Below, piece by piece: positions 51,149 to 60,252 of a DNA stretch of 60,252 nucleotides. The position numbers and the translations under genes were made by a program. The stretch's first letter is position 1; every line of letters begins with the position of its first letter. This DNA comes from Spirulina sp. (GTDB lineage Bacteria > Cyanobacteriota > Cyanobacteriia > Phormidesmidales > Phormidesmidaceae), in the NCBI GenBank assembly GCA_044070495.1, contig JBIPSI010000032.1:1-60252 (forward strand), written 5' to 3'. The notes below the pieces were generated by a model. That model made no database searches and was not told the origin of the DNA. It worked only from the letters and a program-made list of their open reading frames with translations.

Positions 51149-51886
51149 ATGCTCAGCCTGTGGGCCAAAACCAGCGGCACCTGGATTAATGTGGCCACGG
51201 TGATCGCCGGAACCAGTTTGGGGCTGTTGTTGCGTAGCCGTTTGCCCCGCGCCATGCAGCAGGTAATTACCCAAGCGGTGGGCCTGATGACCCTGGTGAT
51301 TGGGGTGGCCATGGCGGGGAGTTTGTCTGCGGTGCAGGTTGGCCCCCTAGACGGCATTATTTTGGCGCTGCTGGTGATGGTGGCGGGGGGCCTGCTGGGG
51401 GAATGGGGCCAAATTGAAAAACGCCTTGCCGGGTTGGGAGACTGGCTGAAGGCCCAGGTGAAGGGGGGCGGCAAGTTTACCGAGGGCTTTGTGGCGGCCA
51501 GTTTGCTGTTTTGCATTGGCCCCATGGCGATTTTGGGGAGCCTCAACAATGGCCTGTCGGGGGATAACACCCTGCTCACCCTCAAGGCCACCATGGACGG
51601 GCTGGCCTCCATTGCGCTGACGGGCAGCTATGGGGTGGGGGTGGGGTTTTCGGCCCTGAGTGTGTTGGTGGTGCAGGGCAGTTTGTCGCTGCTGGCCAGT
51701 GTGTCGGGGGCGGCGATTCCCGATCCCGATACCAACCCCTACATTCTGCTGATTACGGGCATGGGCGGGCTGATGATCCTCGGCATTGGCTTTGGCCTGT
51801 TGGAAATTGCCCAAATCCGGGTGGCCTCTTTCCTGCCTGCCCTCGTTCTAGGGCCGTTGGTGATTGCCGTCTTTCGTCTGTTTTGA
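51149..51886 (+). CDS. DUF554-family membrane protein
   Basis: 'GTWINV', 'FTEGFVAASLLFCIGPMAILGS', 'KATMDG'. Confidence 0.88.
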   Translation: MLSLWAKTSGTWINVATVIAGTSLGLLLRSRLPRAMQQVITQAVGLMTLVIGVAMAGSLSAVQVGPLDGIILALLVMVAGGLLGEWGQIEKRLAGLGDWLKAQVKGGGKFTEGFVAASLLFCIGPMAILGSLNNGLSGDNTLLTLKATMDGLASIALTGSYGVGVGFSALSVLVVQGSLSLLASVSGAAIPDPDTNPYILLITGMGGLMILGIGFGLLEIAQIRVASFLPALVLGPLVIAVFRLF

Positions 51887-51920
51887 CCCTCGATTCAGCC
51901 CCATCAGCCTCGTTCTGGCC

Positions 51921-52472
51921 CTAGGGCACCTGGCTACAGCGGGCCATCCGCAGCATCAGGGCATCGAGGCGAGCCAAGTCGGCAAAGCCCCCACCGCGCC
52001 CGGTACCCAAGCCGCCAGTTTGCAGCGACTCTAACCAAGTAAGCCGCCAGTACCACAGGGCGGGCAGATGGCCATCGGGGGCATCGAGACTGAAGTCCAG
52101 AAAGTCGTAAAACTTGAAAAAGGCCAGGGGCCGGGGCATGGTCACCATCAGCCAACCCACCGCCTGACAGAAAGGATGAGGATTGGCGGGGCTAAGGCGG
52201 GTGGGGTCGAAGGTTTGGTCGAGGGCTTGGTAGATGCGCTGCTGCACCGAAAAGCCAAACTTGCCCTGGCTGGCCGTCCCCCATAGCCAGTCGATGCGAT
52301 GGAGCAGATTGCAAGGCATTTGAGCCAAATCAATGGGGGTGAGGCTATGGTCTCGTTGACGGTTGGCGGCCCCCAGCATCAGGCTGTAGGTCACCTGGTC
52401 GGCGGCTTGCCACTCCTGGCCATGGAGCAGAGCAGCCAGATCGGTCATCGTCCAGTCTTGGGGGGATACCAC
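51921..52472 (-). CDS. GUN4-like domain protein
   Basis: 'WQAADQVT', 'IDWLW..SQGKFGFSVQQRIY', 'APDGHLP'. Confidence 0.85.
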   Translation of the reverse strand: MVSPQDWTMTDLAALLHGQEWQAADQVTYSLMLGAANRQRDHSLTPIDLAQMPCNLLHRIDWLWGTASQGKFGFSVQQRIYQALDQTFDPTRLSPANPHPFCQAVGWLMVTMPRPLAFFKFYDFLDFSLDAPDGHLPALWYWRLTWLESLQTGGLGTGRGGGFADLARLDALMLRMARCSQVP

Positions 52473-52604
52473 ACGACCTCCTTAGCATTGATCGATCCAG
52501 TATGCCAAGATCTCAGACCCCTGAGACCAAATCCTCGTCCTATCCGTCCATTTCCAAGCCCGTCCGCCTTAGGGGAAGTGTCTTCGCCCTGGCTCCAGGA
52601 CAGG

Positions 52605-54179
52605 CTAACCATCCCCCTGGGAGGGGAGGGTGGCGTCGTGGCCGTGCCCTGGTGCAGCGTCGGGGGTGAGGGCGATCATGGGCAGGGAGGACGGTGGGCT
52701 ACTGGCGGCAAAGCATTTATCGAGGTGTAAGAAAAGGGCTTCTACCACCGATTCGCTGACGTTGTAGCCATTTTCCAGGCTAGGGCAGCACCAGCGCCAG
52801 GTGGGCAGGTGTCCAGCGGGGGCACTGGTGTTGAACTGCAAGCTTTTGTAGGGCTTGATACCGCCTTGGAAGCTCATCCGAGAACCGCGCCAGTCTAAGG
52901 CCCGCAGAAAATCTACTGGGCGTCGATCCACCTGAAGATAGATCTGCTCCTGGGCTTTAAAGCCAAAGCGCCCGTTACTGTAGCGGCTCCAGAGGTGATC
53001 AATGGTGTTCAGGTCAACACAGGGCAATTGCAGAATGGCATCGCGATCTAAGGGTTCCATATTGTTCCGCAGCGCCTTGAGAATGACGTTTTCCGTTTCC
53101 GCGTCGGCCTCGCGCCAAAGCTGCGACCAAAGCAGTTGGCGGAGGCGACCATAGTCAATCCCGAGGGCAGACTGGATGGCTCCGTAACGCTCACTGCGCA
53201 CCGCCTCTTCCAGGTGCAGCGCCTCCTCGGCGTCAATCTCCCACAGACGGCGGGCCTGTTCCAGACGGCCCCGGTCAAAATCGGGCGGGTAGAGGGTCGT
53301 TTGCATGGCGTGGTACAGCATGTCGCGATACTGCCCCAGAGTTTGCTGGCGGTCAAACTCCTGCTCATGGTGCTGGTCTAGGGATTTCGCCTGCTGGGCT
53401 GCCAACTGGGCAGATTCGGCCTCGGCCTGCTGCTGCTGGCGGATGGCTTCGGCCTGCACCTGAATGACGGTTAACTGCTCTTGGTAAAGACGCTGGGCCT
53501 TGGCTAGGGGCAGCCCTAGGTTTTCTGCTAATTCCGCCAGGGTGGCCCAGGTGTCCTCTGGTAGCGGGCTTTGGCGGGCCAGTTCCTCTAGCAATACGTG
53601 GTTGAAGTAGCGCTCTTTTTCCGCCAGAGTTTGGTAAGGGCCAAGGGCAATCGATTTCAGGGTTTGGGCCTCTTTTTCCGATAGCCCCAACCGCTGGCGC
53701 AACACCTCCAAGTTGGCCTCCTCGGCGGGGGAAAGTTCGCCGTGGCTGTGGCCGTAGATTTCGGCCTTGGCCAGGTACACACTCTGGGGATCGACCATGT
53801 CCTCAGCTAGGCGAACCATCTGGGCCAAATCCTCCGCCTCCTGGGTGGTCATCTGCACCGCCACGACCCCATAGTGAATCTCAACCCGTGTGGCCTGGGG
53901 ATAGTCCTCCAGGCGATCACACAGCCGCCGCACCACCCCCCGCAGGCGTTCGGCAGGAATGTCAAACCGCACCCCCAGCCAGCGATCCTGCTGAAACGGC
54001 CCCTCCCCCTGGGGTTGGCGCAACACCTCCATCGCCAGCCCCCCCAGCCCATTCAGGGCGCGTAGATCCGCCTGGAGGTACTGCACCTCCGTCGTGGCCT
54101 CCTCTAGGGAAAGGTTAGGATCCACTAACTGCACCACAAACCCCAACCGGGGTCGATTCATCGGATCTGGCATGGGCAT
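52605..54179 (-). CDS. Multidomain protein with C-terminal GUN4-like domain
   Basis: 'DYGRLRQLL..WREADAET', 'IDHLWSRYSNGRFGF', 'APAGHLP'. Confidence 0.85.
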   Translation of the reverse strand: MPMPDPMNRPRLGFVVQLVDPNLSLEEATTEVQYLQADLRALNGLGGLAMEVLRQPQGEGPFQQDRWLGVRFDIPAERLRGVVRRLCDRLEDYPQATRVEIHYGVVAVQMTTQEAEDLAQMVRLAEDMVDPQSVYLAKAEIYGHSHGELSPAEEANLEVLRQRLGLSEKEAQTLKSIALGPYQTLAEKERYFNHVLLEELARQSPLPEDTWATLAELAENLGLPLAKAQRLYQEQLTVIQVQAEAIRQQQQAEAESAQLAAQQAKSLDQHHEQEFDRQQTLGQYRDMLYHAMQTTLYPPDFDRGRLEQARRLWEIDAEEALHLEEAVRSERYGAIQSALGIDYGRLRQLLWSQLWREADAETENVILKALRNNMEPLDRDAILQLPCVDLNTIDHLWSRYSNGRFGFKAQEQIYLQVDRRPVDFLRALDWRGSRMSFQGGIKPYKSLQFNTSAPAGHLPTWRWCCPSLENGYNVSESVVEALFLHLDKCFAASSPPSSLPMIALTPDAAPGHGHDATLPSQGDG

Positions 54180-54376
54180 TGGCCCTTTAATGACAAGGAC
54201 TAGCCACTGTTATAGCAGCCCAGCCCGTCCCTGGATGCGAACTGGTCGCACCATCTAGGTTGCGGCACCGGATGGCAACCGGGCGGGGATCAAAATCGGG
54301 TAGCATAGCCTCGGATTCGATAGTGTCTCTGGCAATTTCCCTGGCGACTTCCCTAGCAACCTCTCTGGCAATTTCT

Positions 54377-55855
54377 GTGCTGCAAACCTTTTCCTCCGAT
54401 TCGGTGATTCCTTCCCCTAAGGCCAGCTTTCAGCGGGATCTAAAAACCTATTTTGAGGAATTGGCCCCGGATCTGCTGACATGGCAGCGGCGCAATCGCT
54501 ACTACTACCACGACCTCGCCCGCCTGCATCGGTTTATGGTGCCCCCCGGTAGCCGAGTGCTAGAGATTGGCTGTGGGGCCGGGGATTTGCTGCAAGCGGT
54601 GGCCCCCCAGGTGGGCGTCGGCATTGATTTTGCCCCGGCCATGGTGGATCTGGCCCGCCAGCGTCACCCCAATCTCGCCTTTTATACCCTCGATGCCGAA
54701 CAGATCGATCCAGCCCAGCTTGCCCCCAATCACCGCCAATTCGACTACATTCTGCTCTCCGGTGTTCTCGGCTACCTGGGGGATATTCAGGCCGTCCTGG
54801 AACGGCTGCAACCCCTTTGCCATCCCCACACCCGCCTCATCCTCACCTTCCACAACTACCTGTGGGAACCCGCCCTGCGTGTGGCCGAACGCCTAGGCCA
54901 GCGCTGCCCCCAACCGCCCCAAAACTGGCTGGGCATGGACGATGTGGCCAACCTGCTCACCATTACCGGATACACCCCCCTAAAGCGAGGCCGACGCTTC
55001 CTGTTGCCCAAACGCCTGATTGGCCTCAGCGGCTGGGTGAACCGCTACCTAGCCCCCCTGCCCATCCTCAAGCACCTCTGCCTAACCAATTTTGTCGTAG
55101 CCCGTCCCCAGCCAGCACCCGCCCCCCTTGAACCCCTCACCTGTTCGGTGATCATCCCCGCCCGCAACGAGTCCGGCAATATCCAGGCTGCCCTCGACCG
55201 CCTGCCGCCCCTGGGCGATGCTACCGAAGTCGTCTTTGTCGAAGGTCACTCCCAGGACGACACTTGGGCCACCATTCAAACTGTGGTCGCCCACTACCAG
55301 GGGCCGCTCAAACTCAAGGCGTTTCAGCAAACGGGTAAGGGTAAAGCCGACGCCGTGCGCCTAGGGTTCGACCAAGCCAGCGGCGATATTTTGATCATCC
55401 TCGATGCCGACCTCACGGTGCCCCCCGAAGACCTGCCCCACTTTGTGGAGGTGCTGCGCTCTGGCCGAGGGGAGTTTGCCAACGGTTCCCGCCTGATGTA
55501 TCCCCGCTCCAAGGTAGCCATGCCCTGGCTGAATACCCTGGCCAACAAAACCTTCGCCCAAATGTTCTCCTTTTTGCTAGAGCAACCCCTCAAAGACACC
55601 CTCTGCGGCACCAAAGTTCTCTGGCGCACCGATTACGAACGCATCGCCGCCGGACGCACCTACTTCGGCGACTTCGACCCCTTCGGCGACTTCGACCTGC
55701 TGTTTGGGGCCGCCAAACTCAATCTCCACATCGTGGAAGTGCCCATCCGCTACCAGCCCCGCACCTACGGCAGTTCCAACATTGCCCACGTCAAAGAAGG
55801 GCTTGTCCTGCTGAGGATGTGTGCCTACGCCAGCCGCAAACTCAAATTCTGGTAG
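54377..55855 (+). CDS. Bifunctional SAM-methyltransferase / GT2 glycosyltransferase
   Basis: 'VLEIGCGAG', then 'SVIIPARNE', DADL, 'DTLCGTK'; start uncertain. Confidence 0.88.
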   Translation: MLQTFSSDSVIPSPKASFQRDLKTYFEELAPDLLTWQRRNRYYYHDLARLHRFMVPPGSRVLEIGCGAGDLLQAVAPQVGVGIDFAPAMVDLARQRHPNLAFYTLDAEQIDPAQLAPNHRQFDYILLSGVLGYLGDIQAVLERLQPLCHPHTRLILTFHNYLWEPALRVAERLGQRCPQPPQNWLGMDDVANLLTITGYTPLKRGRRFLLPKRLIGLSGWVNRYLAPLPILKHLCLTNFVVARPQPAPAPLEPLTCSVIIPARNESGNIQAALDRLPPLGDATEVVFVEGHSQDDTWATIQTVVAHYQGPLKLKAFQQTGKGKADAVRLGFDQASGDILIILDADLTVPPEDLPHFVEVLRSGRGEFANGSRLMYPRSKVAMPWLNTLANKTFAQMFSFLLEQPLKDTLCGTKVLWRTDYERIAAGRTYFGDFDPFGDFDLLFGAAKLNLHIVEVPIRYQPRTYGSSNIAHVKEGLVLLRMCAYASRKLKFW

Positions 55856-56026
55856 CGCCCCCAGAACAACGCTTTTATGTCCACCTCCCTGATGTGCACA
55901 TAAACCTGATTGCCCAACCTACAGGGTCGATGGGTCAGACAATCAGCGCCTTAAGACCAACGCCTAGAAGCGCCTGCGCTAGGATAGAGGTTGTGTCTTA
56001 GGGCGATTCAGCGCAGCAATTTGGCC

Positions 56027-57139
56027 ATGGAAAAGATTGTGGTGGGGCTTTCGGGCGGGGTGGATAGTTCGGTGGCGGCGGCGACGCTGCATCGGCAGGG
56101 CTATGACGTGGTGGGCCTGACGCTGTGGCTGATGAAGGGCAAGGGCCAATGCTGCTCGGAGGGTATGGTGGATGCCGCTAAGCTCTGCGAAGACATGGGC
56201 ATTCCCCACCACATTGTCGATAGCCGCGATGTGTTTCAAAAAGAAATCGTCGATTATTTAGTCGAAGGCTACGGCAGCGGCATCACCCCTTTGCCCTGCT
56301 CCCAGTGCAACCGGGCGGTGAAGTTTGGCCCCATGCTGCAATACGCCAGGGAAGAACTGGGCTGTGATCGCATCGCCACGGGGCACTATGCCCGCATCCT
56401 CCACAACGCCGAAACCGGGCGCTACGAGCTTCTGCGGGCGGTAGATCCGGCCAAGGATCAGTCCTATTTCTTGTACGATTTGACCCAGGATTTGCTGGCG
56501 GCCTGTCATTTTCCCCTAGGGCACCAAACCAAAACCGAAACCCGCCGCATCGCCGCCGAACTGGGCCTGCACACCGCCGAAAAGCCCGACAGCCAAGACC
56601 TCTGCCTAATCGAGCAGCACGGCTCCATGCAGACTTTCCTCGACAAGTACCTCGCCCCCAAGCCGGGGGATATCGTCGATACCGAGGGCCGCATTCTGGG
56701 CCAGCACACAGGCATTCACCACTACACCATCGGCCAGCGCAAGGGCCTGGGCATTGCTGCCCCCAACCCGCTCTACGTGGTGGGGTTTGATGTGGGCCGC
56801 AACCAAGTTATCGTTGCCGACCGCAGCGATGCCCACTTACCCGACTGCACCGTGCAGCGAGTCAACTGGGTTTCCATCGCCGCACCCCAGGAGCCAATCT
56901 CCGTTTCGGTACAAATTCGCTACCGCAGCGGAGCGGTGGGGGCCACCCTCATCCCCCTCGAAGGCCCGAATGGCTGGGCAGATCGGGTGAAGCTGGTGTT
57001 TGACGAACCCCAGTTTGGCGTTACCCCCGGCCAAGCCGCCGTGTGGTTTGATGGCGACCGAGTCCTGGGCGGCGGGCTAATTGAAATGGCCGTTGAACCT
57101 ACCGTTGTCGCCACAGAAGCCAGCGTTCTAAGCCGATAG
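56027..57139 (+). CDS. mnmA: tRNA 2-thiouridine(34) synthase
   Basis: SGGVDS, 'ATGHYAR', 'KDQSYFL', 'YTIGQRKG', 'TPGQAAV'. Confidence 0.97.
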   Translation: MEKIVVGLSGGVDSSVAAATLHRQGYDVVGLTLWLMKGKGQCCSEGMVDAAKLCEDMGIPHHIVDSRDVFQKEIVDYLVEGYGSGITPLPCSQCNRAVKFGPMLQYAREELGCDRIATGHYARILHNAETGRYELLRAVDPAKDQSYFLYDLTQDLLAACHFPLGHQTKTETRRIAAELGLHTAEKPDSQDLCLIEQHGSMQTFLDKYLAPKPGDIVDTEGRILGQHTGIHHYTIGQRKGLGIAAPNPLYVVGFDVGRNQVIVADRSDAHLPDCTVQRVNWVSIAAPQEPISVSVQIRYRSGAVGATLIPLEGPNGWADRVKLVFDEPQFGVTPGQAAVWFDGDRVLGGGLIEMAVEPTVVATEASVLSR

Positions 57140-57277
57140 TCCCTGTAGGGTGGGCAATGCCCACCCTAGGGAATGGGGAAGAGGGGTTCTCACCGTCGCC
57201 CCAAACCGTTTCACACCACCACTCCCGACGGATATTCCCCTATTCCTGCTGACGTTTACCCCTCAGGACGATCCGAA

Positions 57278-57562
57278 ATGGCCGATCTCAAGGAACAACA
57301 ACACCCCCAGTACAAAGCCGACCGCGAGGTGGTGAATCAGCTTTTGGCCGGAGAAGCCACCGACTATAACCTGGTGGAACTGGCCCGCTTGATGATTCGC
57401 TACGAGGGCTTCCCCGGCGCACGGGATATTCAAACCGACCTGAAAAAGGCGATGACCCGCTGGCAGTTCACCGAAGCAACCCTGTTTGCCAAAACCCGCG
57501 CCATCCACCAGCAGGGGGATGTGTACAAAGGGCTAGGGCGAGGACGAGAAGACTGGAGTTAG
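57278..57562 (+). CDS. DUF3288-family protein
   Basis: 'QQHPQYKADR', 'LARLMIRYEGFPGARDIQ', C-terminal EDWS. Confidence 0.8.
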   Translation: MADLKEQQHPQYKADREVVNQLLAGEATDYNLVELARLMIRYEGFPGARDIQTDLKKAMTRWQFTEATLFAKTRAIHQQGDVYKGLGRGREDWS

Positions 57563-57660
57563 GACGTTTTGACAAGACTGATTTCGCGCAGCCGCCCAAC
57601 AAAGTCAGCGCCATCAACGCTCCTTACAATGGTAAAAAACGCTCCCTTGGGGATTGGCCC

Positions 57661-58239
57661 ATGACTGCCTTCACCATTACCCTCGACCCCGTTGGCGTCC
57701 TCACCGAAGAAGCCTTTTACCAGCTTTGTCGGGCCAACCCTGACGTGAAATTTGAACGCTCGGCCCAGGGAGAACTGATCATCATGGCCCCCACTGGCGG
57801 TGAAAGCGGTCGCCGCAATGCAGATATCAACGCTGACTTAACGATTTGGAATCGCCAAAGCCAATTGGGCTACACCTTTGATTCCTCCACCTGCTTCAAA
57901 CTTCCCAATGGAGCCGAACGTTCCCCCGATGCCGCCTGGATTGAAGCTAGCCGATGGGAGGCCCTCAGCCCTGGCGACCGGGAGAAATTTCCGCCCATCG
58001 CGCCGGATTTTGTCATCGAACTACGCTCGGCCAGCGATAGCCTGTCCACCCTCCAGGCCAAAATGCAGGAGTACCAGGCCAACGGTGTGCGCTTAGGTTG
58101 GCTGATCAATCCCCAAGACCAACAGGCGGAAATCTATCGCTTCGGTCAGCCTGTGGAAATCCTAAACGCCCCTCATCAGCTCTCTGGAGAAGCCATCCTA
58201 CCCGGTTTTGTCCTATCGCTCATCCGCATCTTTAACTAA
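57661..58239 (+). CDS. Uma2-family endonuclease
   Basis: 'FDSSTCFKLPNGAERSPDAAW', 'PDFVIELRS', 'LGWLINP'. Confidence 0.92.
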   Translation: MTAFTITLDPVGVLTEEAFYQLCRANPDVKFERSAQGELIIMAPTGGESGRRNADINADLTIWNRQSQLGYTFDSSTCFKLPNGAERSPDAAWIEASRWEALSPGDREKFPPIAPDFVIELRSASDSLSTLQAKMQEYQANGVRLGWLINPQDQQAEIYRFGQPVEILNAPHQLSGEAILPGFVLSLIRIFN

Positions 58240-58476
58240 CGAAACGACAGCTACCCAAACGACGACCCACCCATAAACCGTACCGCCAGCGCGGCATCAG
58301 ATGGTCTGTGGCACAGCACCCCCTGACCGGGACGACCAGCCATGTCTCTGCACTCTATGGCCGAAATCCTCGCAGCCACGGCAACGTCAATCACCTGGTA
58401 TGCCCCACGGCTTCATCAAATCTCCGCTTAGGGTTACCCTAGGGGCAGATTTGTCGCTGGATAGCCCCCTTGCCCC

Positions 58477-59472
58477 ATGAAAGTTGCGGTTTTTAGCACC
58501 AAGCCCTACGACCAGGTTTCCTTTGACCAGGCCAATGCTGCCTACGGCCACGACTTCACCTTTTTTGAAGCCCGCCTCAACTCGCGCACCGTGTCCCTGG
58601 CGGGGGAGGCCGAGGCCGAGGCCGTGTGTGTGTTCATTAACGACGAGGTGAACCGCAAAGTCCTGGAAAAATTGGCCAAGCTGGGAATTCGGCTCGTGGC
58701 CCTACGCTGTGCCGGGTTCAACAATGTGGACTTGGCCGCTGCTAAGGAACTGGGCATCACCGTGGTGCGGGTGCCCGCCTATTCTCCCTATGCCGTGGCC
58801 GAGCACGCCGTGGGGCTGATTTTGATGCTGAACCGCCGCCTCTACCGGGCCTACAACCGAGTGCGCGACGACAACTTTGCCCTCAACGGTCTGCTGGGGT
58901 TTGACCTGCACGGCAAAACCGTGGGCATTGTCGGCACGGGCAAAATTGGCCAATGCTTTGCCCAAATTATGAAGGGCTTTGGCTGTCGGCTGCTGGCCTA
59001 CGATGTCTACCCCAGCCAGACCTGCATCGACCTGGGCGTCAGCTACGTTGACCTGCCCGACCTCTTTTCCCAGTCGGACGTAGTTTCCCTACATTGCCCC
59101 CTGCTGCCCGCTACCTACCACATGGTCAACGCCGAAACCATCCAGCACATGAAGCCGGGGGTGATGCTAATCAACACCAGTCGCGGCGCGTTGATGGACA
59201 CCAAAGCGGTGATTGAAGGGATTAAATCTGGCCAAATTGGCTACCTGGGCACCGATGTCTACGAGGAAGAAGAGGATCTGTTCTTTGAAGACCTTTCAGG
59301 CACCATTATTCAGGACGACACCTTCCAACTGTTGCAGTCTTTTTCCAACGTGGTGATCACCGCTCACCAAGCCTTTTTCACCCAAGAAGCCCTCAGCAAC
59401 ATCGCCGATACCACCCTGTCCAACATTAGTACCTTGGCCAAGGGCGAACCCTGTCCCAACGAGGTGAAGTAA
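58477..59472 (+). CDS. ldhA: D-lactate dehydrogenase (D-2-hydroxyacid dehydrogenase)
   Basis: 'RCAGFNNVDL', 'VPAYSPYAVAEH', GTGKIG, 'INTSRG', 'TAHQAFFT'. Confidence 0.9.
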   Translation: MKVAVFSTKPYDQVSFDQANAAYGHDFTFFEARLNSRTVSLAGEAEAEAVCVFINDEVNRKVLEKLAKLGIRLVALRCAGFNNVDLAAAKELGITVVRVPAYSPYAVAEHAVGLILMLNRRLYRAYNRVRDDNFALNGLLGFDLHGKTVGIVGTGKIGQCFAQIMKGFGCRLLAYDVYPSQTCIDLGVSYVDLPDLFSQSDVVSLHCPLLPATYHMVNAETIQHMKPGVMLINTSRGALMDTKAVIEGIKSGQIGYLGTDVYEEEEDLFFEDLSGTIIQDDTFQLLQSFSNVVITAHQAFFTQEALSNIADTTLSNISTLAKGEPCPNEVK

Positions 59473-59477
59473 GCCAC

Positions 59478-59509
59478 AAAAAAAGAGGCGATCCTTGAAT
59501 CGCCTCTTG
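59478..59509. terminator. Terminator between convergent ldhA and psbD
   Basis: aaaaaaagaggcgat-cctt-gaatcgcctctt. Confidence 0.7.
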
Positions 59510-59573
59510 ATGATTGGGGTTTGGGTAAGGCCAGTTAAACCTGCCCCAAACGCCCGGATGAGTTGGTTTTCCC

Positions 59574-60252
<679 letters not shown>

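Noticed and set aside
54327..54374. Four 12-nt imperfect tandem repeats upstream of the glycosyltransferase
   Set aside because: Short low-complexity duplication with no functional evidence; it only makes the start ambiguous.
42534..58239. Uma2, DUF29 and DUF3782-like genes as a defence island
   Set aside because: These families are dispersed multi-copy genes in cyanobacteria and are not clustered here.

Overview
Chromosomal window from a GC-rich filamentous-type cyanobacterium (psbD, cpcT, GUN4 domains, cyanobacterial ArsC; Leptolyngbya/Nodosilinea-like by inference). It spans the probable replication origin upstream of dnaN: DnaA boxes, DnaA-trios and an AT-rich unwinding element are present, but no adjacent dnaA. 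It also holds rplI-dnaB (two inteins), tpiA, leuS, mnmA, ldhA, an orphan pstS, an ars operon, a four-gene DUF11/beta-barrel/OmpA surface cluster, a PEP-CTERM gene, and many REP/MITE-type repeats. The most unexplained element is an ORF-free unit of about 660 nt (48510-49175) with its own -10 box and intrinsic terminator. It consists of two diverged ~280-nt copies that both fold into the same long rod with compensatory base changes and a conserved apical domain, and is a candidate undescribed structured ncRNA. Other highlights: a strictly phased 8-box DnaA array downstream of dnaN, a CTG-initiated phosphatase, a REP inserted in frame in a membrane protein, an XRE-HTH inside an intein, an unannotated 41-aa His-tailed membrane peptide, and over-represented CCCTAGGG. 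All calls come from reading the sequence; no database searches were run.
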